A stretch of DNA of 64,000 nt, from assembly GCA_038245785.1 (NCBI GenBank), contig JBBRSB010000015.1, positions 34,941 to 98,940 on the forward strand. The letters are read 5' to 3'. Below, in pieces: positions 41,416 to 53,470 of this stretch (the stretch's first letter is position 1; each line of letters begins with the position of its first letter). The translations under genes and the position numbers were made by a program. Below the pieces are notes generated by a model. It was given only the letters and a program-made list of their open reading frames with translations. It did not search any database and had not been told where the DNA came from. This DNA comes from Gloeobacterales cyanobacterium. Lineage in GTDB: Bacteria; Cyanobacteriota; Cyanobacteriia; Gloeobacterales; PMM-0068.

Positions 41416-42567
41416 ACCTTACCTCTTGGAGGACAGGTTGCAAGGCTCGCTCTGTCACTAAGAATGGATAGTTTGTGTAACCTCCTGAGTCAGGACAGCC
41501 TTCAAGAACGGGTTCAAATGAGGGGTAGTACGTTGAGCTGTCTGGAGGCGTTAAGGGTGCATTTAGGAGAAAGCGCAGGGGTAAATCAGGGTTTGAGATA
41601 AACAGAGTGCCAAAGGAAACTAAATCTGCACATCCTTCTGCTAAAACCGTATTTGCTCTTTCTTTTTCATAGCCGCCGTTGACCATGAGCGTTCCTTTGT
41701 AGAGCAACCGAAAAATAGAGGTGGGAATTTTTCGACCCCCGTGTCTAAGGTCAGCTTCACTGGCTTCCATAATTTGAAGATAAGCGAGGTCAAAGCGATT
41801 CAACGCCTCGACAACGTAGCTAAATAGCTTGATTGGCTCTGAATCCGCCATGTTGTTGTAGGTATTGCTGGGACCGAGTTTAATGCCCACTCTTCCTCGC
41901 CCCCAGACCCCAACAACAGCTTCCGTGATTTCCATCAGCAAGCGGGCCCTATTCTCAATCGAACTGCCGTATTGATCCGTGCGCTGATTGGAATTGTCCT
42001 GCAGAAACTGGTCAATCAAATATCCAAAGGCACCATGAATTTCTACGCCATCAAAGCCTGCTACTTTGGCATTTTCTGCGCCTTGGCGATACTGTTCAAC
42101 AATGCTTGAGATTTCCTCAGTTTCCAATGCTCTTGGTGTAAAGTAGGGTTTCTCTCCTTCATAGGTATAGGCTTCACCAAAGCGAGGGGCAATCGCGCTC
42201 GGTGCCACAGGTAAGGCCCCATTGGGTTGAAGCGAGGGATGGGAAATCCGCCCGACATGCCAGAGTTGCATAAAAATGCGTCCGCCGGAAACATGCACCG
42301 CCTCTGTCACCTGCCGCCATTGCGCGACCTGCTCAGGAGAATGGATGCCGGTGTTCGGGGATAGCCCTGGCCTTGGGGCGAAACCTGCGTTGCTTCTGAA
42401 ATAATCAGTCCGGCTGAAGCTCTTTGCGCATAATAGATGGTGAGCAGTGGCGTAGGAATATTATCTTTCCCAGCACGGCAACGGGTGAGCGGAGCCATAA
42501 TCATACGATTTGGTAGGCTAAGAGCACCTAACTGAAAGGGTAAAAATAAATTTACGGAACTATTCAT
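41414..42567 (-). pseudogene. Old yellow enzyme/alkene reductase (NemA-like), frameshifted
   Basis: NRMIMAPLTRCRA..YYAQRASAGLIISEAT, then a 1-bp loss near 42350 puts GIHSPEQVAQWRQVTEAVH in another frame; QLWHVGR and EIHGAFGYLIDQF follow. Confidence 0.88.
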
Positions 42568-42698
42568 GTACTTAATCCTTAGAAGCAATTGAATACGTTG
42601 AGATTAAAGGCAGCTCGACTAGAGCGTCTTGCAGTTTTTTGCAAAACTTATCAAAAAATTGTGAAATCTGAGTTCAATTGTTGTTATGAGCAAGCAGC

Positions 42699-43589
42699 AT
42701 GACAGAGCGAGAAATCCTGATCGTTGATATGACAAAACCAGAAGAATCTGTTCAGCTTGTGTCTCGTCCTCCGATTCTATCGAGCCAGCAAATTGGGTGG
42801 AAAGGCTTGCTGTTTATGCACTTTTACCATCCCGCTCAAGAGCTTCGCGAACACGTAATGCCTCATCATTTGATTTCGATTGCCCATTCCCAAATTCAGC
42901 AGGAAAGTCGGGTTGATGGGCAGTACAGTAGTTATGCTCGCGGCAAGGGCGATATTGGAATTGCCCCGGCTCACACCGCGACCTGGATTCGATGGGACAG
43001 ACCAGTGGAATTTTCGGTATTGACGCTTTGTCCTGAATTTGTCAGACAAGTGGCCTCCGAATTCAGCAATCCTGATTGCCTTGAACTGATTTTCCAAGGC
43101 GCTATGGCCGATCCTCTTATCTACCAAATTGGCCTATCGCTTAAAGCTGATATAGAAGCAGGGCATCCCACAGGTAAGTTGTTCGGCGAATCAGCAGCGA
43201 CCATGTTAGCAGCGTGGCTATTGCAGCAGCACTCTGTCCGATCACCCAAGCTGTCCGACTATAAAGATGGCTTATCGCGCTACAACCTGAAACAGATCTT
43301 GGACTACATCCAGGCCCATCTCAGTCAAGACATTAAAATTGCTGATTTAGCAAAAGTCGCTGGAATGAGCCCGTACTATTTCATCTGTTTATTTAAGCAG
43401 TCTATGAATATTACGCCCCATCAGTACATTATTCAGCAGCGGATAGAACAGGCCAAACAATTACTAAAAAATCGAAATTTAACGATTGTGGAGACTGCAT
43501 TTCAGTGCGGATTTACCAGTCAAAGTCATCTGACTAATGTATTTCGTAAGCTGACTGGAACAACGCCCAAAGCTTATCGTAAGCATTGA
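42699..43589 (+). CDS. AraC family transcriptional regulator
   Basis: C-terminal double HTH (LAKVAGMSPYYF..., CGFTSQSHLTNVFRKLTGTTP..YR). Confidence 0.93.
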   Translation: MTEREILIVDMTKPEESVQLVSRPPILSSQQIGWKGLLFMHFYHPAQELREHVMPHHLISIAHSQIQQESRVDGQYSSYARGKGDIGIAPAHTATWIRWDRPVEFSVLTLCPEFVRQVASEFSNPDCLELIFQGAMADPLIYQIGLSLKADIEAGHPTGKLFGESAATMLAAWLLQQHSVRSPKLSDYKDGLSRYNLKQILDYIQAHLSQDIKIADLAKVAGMSPYYFICLFKQSMNITPHQYIIQQRIEQAKQLLKNRNLTIVETAFQCGFTSQSHLTNVFRKLTGTTPKAYRKH

Positions 43590-43631
43590 CAAAAACCAGG
43601 TTTGTTCAGGCACTTATTATCTTGAAGGTAT

Positions 43632-44273
43632 TCAATAAACGAATGATTGCTTCCTATTAGATAAAACGGCTCCTCTGATATTTGCACCCGTTAAGATTGT
43701 GTCGGTGAGGATGGCACCGTCCAAATTGGCATTCTCAAGGTTGGCACCGAGCAAGATAGCTTCACTGAGATCGACACCCTGTAAATTAGCGCTCTCAAGA
43801 TTGGCACCCTTTAAGTTCGCACCCCGCAAGTTGGCATCGCTCAAATCGGCATCTCTCAGGTTAGCCCCTTGCAGGAAAAATCCACTCAGGTCCCTATTCC
43901 TCAAGTTCGCTGCCTCCAGATTAGAACCCCGAAGATTTTTTTTACTTAGAGACACCTTCTTTCTAGAGAAAAACCGGGAAACTCCTGCGATGAGGGATTC
44001 TGAAAATGTACTTCTGATTCGTCGAGGCGGATGTGCTTGTTGTTGGGATGAACGTGCATGGAGTTTTTTAATAGCCTGTTGAACCAGTTCTGGCGGTATT
44101 CCAGCTTCCACTCCTGCTTGCATAAGCTCTTCTGGGGAATACCCGCTGTTTTTCTCAGCATGAAGCCGGGCCGCAAGGCCGAAAACTTCTGCGGCCTCCT
44201 GTTCTGATATTCGAGGCTTCTGGTCGTTGCGTTTTTGTCCCTCAGCCTCAAATGACCCAAGATCGTTCATCAC
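43632..44273 (-). CDS. Pentapeptide repeat protein
   Basis: C-terminal A(N/D)LxG repeats. Confidence 0.88.
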   Translation of the reverse strand: MMNDLGSFEAEGQKRNDQKPRISEQEAAEVFGLAARLHAEKNSGYSPEELMQAGVEAGIPPELVQQAIKKLHARSSQQQAHPPRRIRSTFSESLIAGVSRFFSRKKVSLSKKNLRGSNLEAANLRNRDLSGFFLQGANLRDADLSDANLRGANLKGANLESANLQGVDLSEAILLGANLENANLDGAILTDTILTGANIRGAVLSNRKQSFVY

Positions 44274-44401
44274 TTCGCCTCCTCAGCGTTTGATTCTTCT
44301 CATCACTCGCTATTGCTCGACTCTGGTGTAATATTTTGATAAATCAAACTAAGTATCTTAGCAATATAAGATACTTAATAGGCTAAGAGGTATTATTCGT
44401 C

Positions 44402-44896
44402 TTGTCAAGGGAGCTTTATGAACGCACAAACCTGCTGGATTCGCTCCTTCAAGCTCTTCGGGAGAACAGCAAAGCAACGGTGCTGTTTCACACTATGGTC
44501 GCTCAGCGACTCGGGTTAAACACCACCGACCACAAAGTTTTGGATATCATTAGCCGCTCAGGCCCCATCGTTGCTGGACAACTGGCCGAATTGACTGGAT
44601 TAACCACTGGCGCAGTTACAGGCGTTATCGATAGGCTCGAGAAGGCTGGCTATGTGCGTAGAGTGAGGGATCTAAACGACCGCCGTAAGGTGATTGTCCA
44701 GCCAGTCCCAGAGAGCGCTTTCGAGATCAACCCGCTGTTTACTTCTATCGCCCAAAAGACAACTAAGTTGTTGGCACGATATAGCACTCAGGAACTCACC
44801 ACTATCCTCGACTTTGCCACCCGAAGCACGAGGATGGTTCAAGAGGAAACCGCCAAGCTGAGGATGGAAGAAGCTAAACAAAACCACCCCAAATAG
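44402..44896 (+). CDS. MarR family transcriptional regulator
   Basis: LAELTGLTTGAVTGVIDRLEKAGYVRR..DRR. Confidence 0.92.
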   Translation: MSRELYERTNLLDSLLQALRENSKATVLFHTMVAQRLGLNTTDHKVLDIISRSGPIVAGQLAELTGLTTGAVTGVIDRLEKAGYVRRVRDLNDRRKVIVQPVPESAFEINPLFTSIAQKTTKLLARYSTQELTTILDFATRSTRMVQEETAKLRMEEAKQNHPK

Positions 44897-44963
44897 AACC
44901 TTCTGAAAATTCTATGGGGGTGGCTAGCTTGTCCGCCTTTCTAATAAAAAGGCAGGTATGAAG

Positions 44964-46448
<1,485 letters not shown>

Positions 46449-46512
46449 GTAGCCATAATATAACGCTTATGCTGATGAACAGGGCAGGACTGATTAAGAA
46501 AAGTAGTCATTC

Positions 46513-46808
46513 AACCCCTCGGTCCCTATGGGACAGCTCCCCACCCTATGCCTCCGGCAAGCTGCCTCTTGAAGAGACGCTACGCGAACGCTAACGGGAA
46601 GGCTTCGCTTACGAAGGGGAGACTACTCTGGGAGCAGCAGGATTAATGGGATTTAGGTGTAGACGCTGCCAAAGCGATAACTCGCTGCCGCAAGCTCTAG
46701 GAATGAGCTTGTTCGAGTAATGTTCTAGACCCTAACCCTGTAGCTTTCTCTGCTCGAAAGGCCCAAGTTCCCCTTAAGGGGAGCTTGGGCCGTAGGGACT
46801 GAGGGGTT
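46513..46808. mobile_element. MITE/REP-like element, full copy B with terminal inverted repeats and nested small repeats (46543-46613)
   Basis: Ends AACCCCTCGGTCCCTATGG / CCGTAGGGACTGAGGGGTT; internal match to 4661-4790. Confidence 0.8.
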
Positions 46809-46809
46809 T

Positions 46810-47199
46810 CTACCCCGAGGTCTTGCTAACAAAATGCTGCTTCAAAACGTCAAGCCGGGAGCAGTCCCAGTAGTCGAGGTGTGACGCAATCAGGCCCTCT
46901 TCGTTGATTTCTAGTTCACTACGGCCTTTGATAGCAATGTGCGGTTGCCAGGGTAGGGGCGTTGTCCAGTGCAAGGTCCAGCGGGTATGAATTCGATTAC
47001 CCACCTGTTGAATATTGTGCAGGTCCATGCTTGGGGACTTGAAAAAAGTATTCATTAATCCAATCATCTGTTGGTAGCGAGCAATTCCTCGGAACTCAGT
47101 GATTGGGTCTTTGAAGAAAACATTTTCCGCATAGATACCGTAGGTTTGGTTGAGCGGAAAGCGCTGATAGTCCTCTTTGAGAATGTCTACAAGATTCAT
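46810..47199 (-). CDS. DUF2358 (SnoaL/NTF2-like) protein
   Basis: DYQRFP..QTYGIYAENVFFKDP, LPWQP, HLDYW. Confidence 0.85.
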   Translation of the reverse strand: MNLVDILKEDYQRFPLNQTYGIYAENVFFKDPITEFRGIARYQQMIGLMNTFFKSPSMDLHNIQQVGNRIHTRWTLHWTTPLPWQPHIAIKGRSELEINEEGLIASHLDYWDCSRLDVLKQHFVSKTSG

Positions 47200-47239
47200 A
47201 GATAGCCGAAATTCCGTTCTATCACTATTATGCTGATAG

Positions 47240-47842
47240 ATGACTAAGGATGCTGATAGCAAGATGTGCGAACTTGAAACAGCTCGACTGCGTTTGAGGA
47301 AATTCACCCTAGAAGATCTAGAGGACCATGCGCTTATCTATCAGAATCAAGAGGTCACTCAATTTCTGCCAGGCGGGCCTTTTCTAGACCCTGGAACCGC
47401 TCAAAATGCCTCTGCTTGGGTCATTCGTTATTTCATTAAGCATTGGCAAGTGCATGACTTCGGAGCTTGGGCTTTGATCGATAAAGAGACCGAAAAATTA
47501 ATCGGTCACGGAGGACTTAAGTTTTTGCCCGATGACCCTGCAAGACCTGTAGACGCTCCTCCGGAAATTGATATTTTTTATCTCCTAGACCGGCCCTACT
47601 GGGGTAAGGGACTGGCAACGGAAGTAGGCAAGACTTTTCTAGACTATGGCTTTGAAAAGCTTTCTTTGGACCACATCGCTGCCATTACCCGCCCAAAGAA
47701 TATAGCCTCGCAGCACGTACTAGAAAAACTAGGTCTGGTCTATGAAAAAGAGGCCTACTTCTATGGGGTGGACGTGCTGTACTATTCCATTTCGCAGGCT
47801 GCGTACGCGTTGAAAAGCCTAGAAAACGCGGGTTCCACCTAA
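47240..47842 (+). CDS. GNAT N-acetyltransferase (RimJ/RimL-like)
   Basis: ETARLRLR, YWGKGLATE, NIASQHVLEKLG. Confidence 0.9.
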   Translation: MTKDADSKMCELETARLRLRKFTLEDLEDHALIYQNQEVTQFLPGGPFLDPGTAQNASAWVIRYFIKHWQVHDFGAWALIDKETEKLIGHGGLKFLPDDPARPVDAPPEIDIFYLLDRPYWGKGLATEVGKTFLDYGFEKLSLDHIAAITRPKNIASQHVLEKLGLVYEKEAYFYGVDVLYYSISQAAYALKSLENAGST

Positions 47843-48358
47843 TAGATGACGGAACATAGCCACTTGCTCCGTGGTAGGTGTTTTGGCCCAATCGGCATAG
47901 AAGAAAATCAGATGGGCGGCCACCGGAGCCCCAATCCAGTGGATGGTCCGCCCCTTGGCATCGTTAAAGCGGCACTCAGCCCCATTGCGGTTCGCCAGGA
48001 GGAACCGTTTATTTTCTTTTAGTGAGAATCCCTTCCCCAAGAGCGTTTGAGCTTTGTTACAGGTGGCTTTAAGCGCGGCAGGTTCCATCGGAGGCACGGT
48101 ACCGTATTTTTTATCAGGGAAAGAACCTGTGTACACGGAAACCGTCTTATCGGGCAAAGTCATGATGTAATGAATCGGCTTTCCTTTAGAGCCACTTACT
48201 GTTTTGGAGTAAGGAAGGGGTACGAAAGATACGTTCAGTTGCTCATCCACCACTCGGTCTTCTCTCGCCACAGCGGGTAGAGAAGTACTCGTCACCATCG
48301 CCCCTAGAAGCAAAATGCCTAATCCCTTGTTCATAGCTCTTCTCTTCATATTTCCCAC
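47819..48358 (-). CDS. Hypothetical exported protein
   Basis: Signal-peptide-like N-terminus ending PAVA. Confidence 0.6.
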   Translation of the reverse strand: MGNMKRRAMNKGLGILLLGAMVTSTSLPAVAREDRVVDEQLNVSFVPLPYSKTVSGSKGKPIHYIMTLPDKTVSVYTGSFPDKKYGTVPPMEPAALKATCNKAQTLLGKGFSLKENKRFLLANRNGAECRFNDAKGRTIHWIGAPVAAHLIFFYADWAKTPTTEQVAMFRHLLGGTRVF

Positions 48359-48408
48359 AACCTCAAACCCTCTAGATTTTGCTAATTATTACAGGTCGAA
48401 CTCTCTAT

Positions 48409-48439
48409 AAAAAACTCCCGTCTTCATGGACGGGAGTTT
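48409..48439 (-). terminator. Intrinsic terminator of ftsH
   Basis: AAACTCCCGTC / GACGGGAGTTT hairpin with a T-tract on the minus strand. Confidence 0.8.
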
Positions 48440-48459
48440 CTAGCACGAGTACCTAATTC

Positions 48460-50358
48460 TTACGCTGTAATCGCAGAAGCGTTTCTGTGACGCTCTGCAA
48501 GAGGGATCTTCTTGGCAACGACATCGCGGAACTCTTGGCCTTCAAGGGTCTCCTTATCGATTAGGAGGTCTACCAAGCGGTCTAGAAGGTCACGATTCTC
48601 AGAAAGGAGTCGCTTGGCTTCGCTGTGGCAGAATTCCACAATCTCGCGGACCTGATGGTCCACTTGCTGGGCAACTTCTTCAGAGTACTCACTACGATTC
48701 ATCAAATCGCGGCCCAGGAAGACTTCAGAACCTTGGCCTGCTAGAGAAATCGGTCCCAGGTCAGACATTCCAAAGCGAGTAACCATATCTTTGGCAAGAC
48801 GAGCTACATTCTGAATGTCGCTGGAAGCACCAACCGTTACTTCGTCATCACCAAAGACAATCTCTTCAGCAGCACGACCACCCAGCGCTGTGATGATCCG
48901 GGCCATGATCCAGCTTCTGCTATACATGCCACTGTCAATCATTTCTTCGGAAGGATAGAACTGAGCGAAACCACCAGTTCCACCACCACGAGGGATGATC
49001 GTTACCTTGGACAAAGGGTCACCTTCAGCCAAAAGAGTACCGACCAAAGCGTGTCCCACTTCGTGGTAAGCAATCAAGCGCTTCTTCTTACCATCGACCA
49101 AAGGAGGACGAACCAGTCCGGTACTAATCCGGTCGATAGCGTCATCAATCTCTTTGAAAGAAATAGCCTCCAAACGACGACGAGCAGCCAGAATAGCGGA
49201 CTCGTTCAAGACGTTGGCCAAGTCTGCTCCAGAGTAACCAGGAGTCCGACGCGCCACACGCTCTAAGCTCACGTCAGGAAGCAATTTCTTGTTCCGCGCA
49301 TGGACCTTGAGGATTTCCAAGCGGCCCTTGTAGTCAGGACGGTCTACCGTTACCTGACGGTCAAAACGACCGGGACGCATGATGGCCGCATCAAGCACAT
49401 CAGGACGGTTGGTAGCGGCAATGACGATAACGCCTGCGTTGCCTTCGAAACCATCCATTTCGACGAGTAACTGGTTAAGGGTCTGTTCCCGCTCATCGTT
49501 CCCTCCGCCAATGCCAGCGCCCCGAGAACGACCTACCGCATCGATTTCATCAATAAAGATGATGCAAGGAGCACTTTCCTTAGCTTTCTTGAAGAGGTCA
49601 CGGACCCGTGAAGCACCAACCCCGACGAACATTTCTACAAATTCAGAACCGGAGATAGAAAAGAAGGGAACGCCTGCTTCTCCCGCAATCGCTTTAGCCA
49701 AAAGGGTCTTACCCGTTCCTGGAGGACCGACTAAGAGGACTCCTTTCGGAATTTTTGCTCCCACGGCCGTAAACCGCTCAGGCTTCTTCAGAAACTGAAC
49801 GACTTCTTGGAGTTCTACCTTGGCTTCGTCAATCCCGGCCACATCATCAAACTTGATGCCGGTTTTAGCTTCCATTTGGAAACGAGCCTTGGACTTGCCA
49901 AAGTTCATTGCTTGACCAGGGCCGCCGACCCCGCCACCAGAGCGGCGAAGCAAGAAGAAGAGACCAGCCAACAGCAAGATAGGCAAGAGCAAGGTCTGCA
50001 AGAGGCCTACAAGCGCTCCACTGTTGTTAGGAGGAACGATAGTGATATCTACATTCTTGTCTCTTAACAAGGGATAGAAGGCTTGGTCACCCGGCAGAAG
50101 ATTCACGCGGAATCTGGACGGAGTCCCGTTGATAGGGTCACGCATGGATACGACTCCAGTGCGCCCGTTATCAAAAATGTCTATCTTAGTGACTCGGTCT
50201 TGACGAACATTACTCAGAAACTCGCTGTAGGGAATCTGAGAACTTGCGTTGTTCGGACTCTGAGGCGCAGTCTGGTTAAAAGAGGTGTTAAAGAGGAGTG
50301 CGGCTACTACTGCTAGGGCAATACCCCCTAACAAAGCATTTCTCCAGGAAAATTTCAT
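48460..50358 (-). CDS. ftsH: ATP-dependent zinc metalloprotease FtsH
   Basis: [25 protein letters not shown]. Confidence 0.98.
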   Translation of the reverse strand: MKFSWRNALLGGIALAVVAALLFNTSFNQTAPQSPNNASSQIPYSEFLSNVRQDRVTKIDIFDNGRTGVVSMRDPINGTPSRFRVNLLPGDQAFYPLLRDKNVDITIVPPNNSGALVGLLQTLLLPILLLAGLFFLLRRSGGGVGGPGQAMNFGKSKARFQMEAKTGIKFDDVAGIDEAKVELQEVVQFLKKPERFTAVGAKIPKGVLLVGPPGTGKTLLAKAIAGEAGVPFFSISGSEFVEMFVGVGASRVRDLFKKAKESAPCIIFIDEIDAVGRSRGAGIGGGNDEREQTLNQLLVEMDGFEGNAGVIVIAATNRPDVLDAAIMRPGRFDRQVTVDRPDYKGRLEILKVHARNKKLLPDVSLERVARRTPGYSGADLANVLNESAILAARRRLEAISFKEIDDAIDRISTGLVRPPLVDGKKKRLIAYHEVGHALVGTLLAEGDPLSKVTIIPRGGGTGGFAQFYPSEEMIDSGMYSRSWIMARIITALGGRAAEEIVFGDDEVTVGASSDIQNVARLAKDMVTRFGMSDLGPISLAGQGSEVFLGRDLMNRSEYSEEVAQQVDHQVREIVEFCHSEAKRLLSENRDLLDRLVDLLIDKETLEGQEFRDVVAKKIPLAERHRNASAITA

Positions 50359-50444
50359 ACGGTAGTCTCGTGAGAGCTTCTTAACCTAACTTAACTCTTT
50401 ATCGTAAGGTCTTCAAGATTTTCCTAGGTTTTGTACATAGAGGG

Positions 50445-51317
50445 GTGCCCCAAGAACCTTGCGATAAATGTTCAAAATGCACTTTTTCTGATTACAGTAT
50501 CGCTCATTCTTTATGGATGAGCGTTAATCTGGACTTGTATCGACACAATGAAAACCCGCAGCCTATGGTGCGTTCAAGCTCTTTTATAGCTTCATCTGCT
50601 CAGCCCGGTCTGTTTCTCTGCGCCCACGGGAGCCAAGACACTCGGGCTCAGAAGGGGCTGCTTGATTTGACCGAGCAGGTACAGAAGGCTTTGCCCACTG
50701 TCACAGTAGGCTGTGGAGTATTAGAGATGGGACCTGCGCCTCTTGAGCAACAGATTAGTGAGTTTCTCTCTGTTCACCAGCTCTCTATGCTGACGGTCCT
50801 TCCGCTGTTTTTGCTGTCTGGAGTGCATGCTGAGGTTGATATTCCAGAAGCTATGGCTCAGGTCGGAGCGCGCGTGCAACAAACCAAGGTGCTGGGTAAG
50901 TCGCCAGGACTGGTTGAATTTCTAGCCCGCACTACGGAGCTTAAACCTGATGAGGGCATGGTTCTTTTTGCCCACGGTAGCCGTAGGGAAGAGGCGAATC
51001 TACAGATTGGCCTCTTGGCCGAATCTCTGGCGCAGTTTGTGCAAGCTCCGGTGTTACCAGCCTTTCTGAAAGAAGAAGGTTCACTGCAGCAGTCTCTTTC
51101 TTCTCTGCATCGGCAAGGTCACCGTGCCCTTGTCCTTCCATACTTTTTATTCTCGGGAGGCGTGACAGACTACTTGGCAGAAATTATTCGAGGAATGGAT
51201 TTGGATTCCACTAGGTTGGGGCAAGTTCTTTCAGACCGTGCAGGGTTTGCGCAGTTGGTGGTATCTCATGTGGAAGAAGTATTATCTCCGACGAGTTTGA
51301 CAAGGCGGAGCGTATGA
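50445..51317 (+). CDS. Sirohydrochlorin chelatase (CbiX/SirB family)
   Basis: Two HGS motifs, PLFLLSGVH..DIP, PYFLFSG; next to cobA; true start probably downstream (about 50565). Confidence 0.85.
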   Translation: MPQEPCDKCSKCTFSDYSIAHSLWMSVNLDLYRHNENPQPMVRSSSFIASSAQPGLFLCAHGSQDTRAQKGLLDLTEQVQKALPTVTVGCGVLEMGPAPLEQQISEFLSVHQLSMLTVLPLFLLSGVHAEVDIPEAMAQVGARVQQTKVLGKSPGLVEFLARTTELKPDEGMVLFAHGSRREEANLQIGLLAESLAQFVQAPVLPAFLKEEGSLQQSLSSLHRQGHRALVLPYFLFSGGVTDYLAEIIRGMDLDSTRLGQVLSDRAGFAQLVVSHVEEVLSPTSLTRRSV

Positions 51318-52066
51318 GTATACCTATAGGGAAAGTTTATTTGGTAGGGGCTGGACCAGGAGACCCTGGACTGATGACTATCAAAGGCAAGGCGCTGCTA
51401 GAGCACAGTGATGTGGTGGTTTACGACGCACTGGTCAGTCCGCAGGTAATCCAGATGATCAATCCAGCGGCGGAGAAAATCTACGCGGGGAAGCGCAGTG
51501 GGCGTCATAGTCTTCCTCAAGAAGAAATCACCGCTCTTTTAGTAGCTAAAGCAAAAGAGCATGCCGTTGTGGTGCGTTTGAAGGGTGGAGACCCATTTGT
51601 CTTTGGTCGAGGGGGTGAAGAGCTAGAGGACCTGATTGCCCACGGTATTCCTGTAGAAGTAGTGCCTGGGGTAACCGCTGGTGTGGCGGTGCCTGCCTAT
51701 GCCGGTATCCCACTCACGCATCGCAAGTACAGCTCTTCTGTCGCTTTCGTGGCGGGCCACCAAGCTACTCCTGGGCCCGGTTGGGAGGTCAACTGGAAAG
51801 CGTTGGCGCAAGGAGCACAAACGCTAGTAGTCTATATGGGGGTTCAGCAATTACCTCAAATTGTGGCCGCTATTCTAGAGGCGGGTCGTCCTCTTGAAAC
51901 CCCCATCGCCCTGATTCGTTGGGGCACTACCCCTCAGCAGCAGACTTTGATTGCCGATTTAGGCACGGTCGTGGAGCGGGTAGCCCAGGAGAATTTTGAT
52001 CCTCCGGCGATCATTGTTGTGGGAGAAGTAGTCAGGTTCTCTCAACTGTTGCAGCTTCAAAGATAA
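51314..52066 (+). CDS. cobA: Uroporphyrinogen-III C-methyltransferase
   Basis: VGAGPGDP, RLKGGDPFVFGRGGEE, GIPLTHR. Confidence 0.96.
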   Translation: MSIPIGKVYLVGAGPGDPGLMTIKGKALLEHSDVVVYDALVSPQVIQMINPAAEKIYAGKRSGRHSLPQEEITALLVAKAKEHAVVVRLKGGDPFVFGRGGEELEDLIAHGIPVEVVPGVTAGVAVPAYAGIPLTHRKYSSSVAFVAGHQATPGPGWEVNWKALAQGAQTLVVYMGVQQLPQIVAAILEAGRPLETPIALIRWGTTPQQQTLIADLGTVVERVAQENFDPPAIIVVGEVVRFSQLLQLQR

Positions 52067-52099
52067 GCATTCCTGCTTAGATCCCTGTACCCTGAGAGT

Positions 52100-52453
52100 A
52101 TGCAGACCCCGCGACAGTTTAACTTTCCTGCGTTCTTCCTCCTACTCCTCAGTTCCAGTGTGATGGGCTGGCTTCTATTAAGCCAAACGGACATGCTGCC
52201 TGGAGTATCTCGAGAGTTGCGTTGCGCAGTGGCGTATGCCCAAAAACCGGCTGTGCCCTACAAACAATTTTTAGTTTTGCTGGAGTCGGGAAAAGTACAG
52301 TCTATGCTTTACAACCCTGAGCAATCGATGGGTTATTTTCAGAAAGATGGAGTCGAGCAACGGGTCAAGTTGCCAGAGCTAGATTCCACGTGGCAAGACT
52401 TGATTGGGAGCAAACGGGTGAGTATTACCGAATTAGCCGAAGGGGGCTGTTAG
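52100..52453 (+). CDS. Small membrane protein resembling the FtsH N-terminal extracytoplasmic domain
   Basis: One TM helix followed by VPYKQFLVLLESGKVQSM. Confidence 0.55.
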   Translation: MQTPRQFNFPAFFLLLLSSSVMGWLLLSQTDMLPGVSRELRCAVAYAQKPAVPYKQFLVLLESGKVQSMLYNPEQSMGYFQKDGVEQRVKLPELDSTWQDLIGSKRVSITELAEGGC

Positions 52454-52522
52454 AAGAGTTTTCTTCCCTGCATGATCGCTAAGGCGTACGCTAGAGCATA
52501 AAGACGTGTTTGGTAGTTCTGT

Positions 52523-53269
52523 ATGCGTGTCGGTCTTTGGCTCTTGGTCTTAGTGGTCTTAGCAAGTCTTCCTGCTCAAGCTCTAGAGTTGACCCTAAAA
52601 ACAGCGAAGACTACAGAATCTATCCAAGATAATGGGCCGAAGGATCAGGACCAGCGCTCAGGATTTATCCAATACCAAAACACGCTCAATGAAAATTCAG
52701 ATTCACCCTTTGCTATTTCCCTCCGTTTATCTGAAACTAGCACACCTAAGAAAACAGCAAAGCTAAGTCTAGAAGCTTTACCCCCCAAATTTGGACAGGA
52801 ACCAGAGCCCGTAGTCGTCAATTTGGGCTTGGCCGGAAATCTGACCATAGAAGCAACCAGCGAGATGGACGCGCTCGATGGGTCTACAGTCGGAGCCCTA
52901 AACTATCGGGGAGCTGCCATTGATGAGAGCGATGGTCGGCAGGAAATACAGATAGACAAAGACGAAGTATCCGCCTCGTTTGGAGAAACTCCGCTCACGG
53001 TATCGATCAATCCGATTAAAGGGACCTCTGCAGCCTTCCAGTTTGATCAAAAACAGAATGCGATCCTCAAGAACCCCGTAAGCAGCATGAAGGTTGTCTG
53101 GAACTTAGCGCTGGGTGAAGGAGACGGCATTAAGTTGGACAACTTTACGCTCAAAGCCGAACCCGCGCCTTCTTCGCTGGCTAATGCTGGGACGATTGGC
53201 TGGGCCGCAGCAGCGGGTATCGCTGTATTGTTCTTTTTTGTTGGCTTCTTCAGCCGCCGTAATAAATAA
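52523..53269 (+). CDS. Exported protein with a C-terminal membrane anchor
   Basis: Signal peptide (PAQA); C-terminal TM helix and RRNK. Confidence 0.65.
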   Translation: MRVGLWLLVLVVLASLPAQALELTLKTAKTTESIQDNGPKDQDQRSGFIQYQNTLNENSDSPFAISLRLSETSTPKKTAKLSLEALPPKFGQEPEPVVVNLGLAGNLTIEATSEMDALDGSTVGALNYRGAAIDESDGRQEIQIDKDEVSASFGETPLTVSINPIKGTSAAFQFDQKQNAILKNPVSSMKVVWNLALGEGDGIKLDNFTLKAEPAPSSLANAGTIGWAAAAGIAVLFFFVGFFSRRNK

Positions 53270-53470
53270 GCAACTGAATTATGTGTTGCCTTAGCGGTCC
53301 AAATACAGGGTTAACCACCAGACTCCAAGAAAGGCCAAGGTCATGGCAACTAACCAAGAAAGCTGGCTCAAGGTGATCTCAGGCACAGGCGCGTAGAGGT
53401 AGCAGAAACACTATTCAGCATATATGTTCTATGCTCCTGGCATAGCAATACAGGCCAAGCTATAAGGGCT

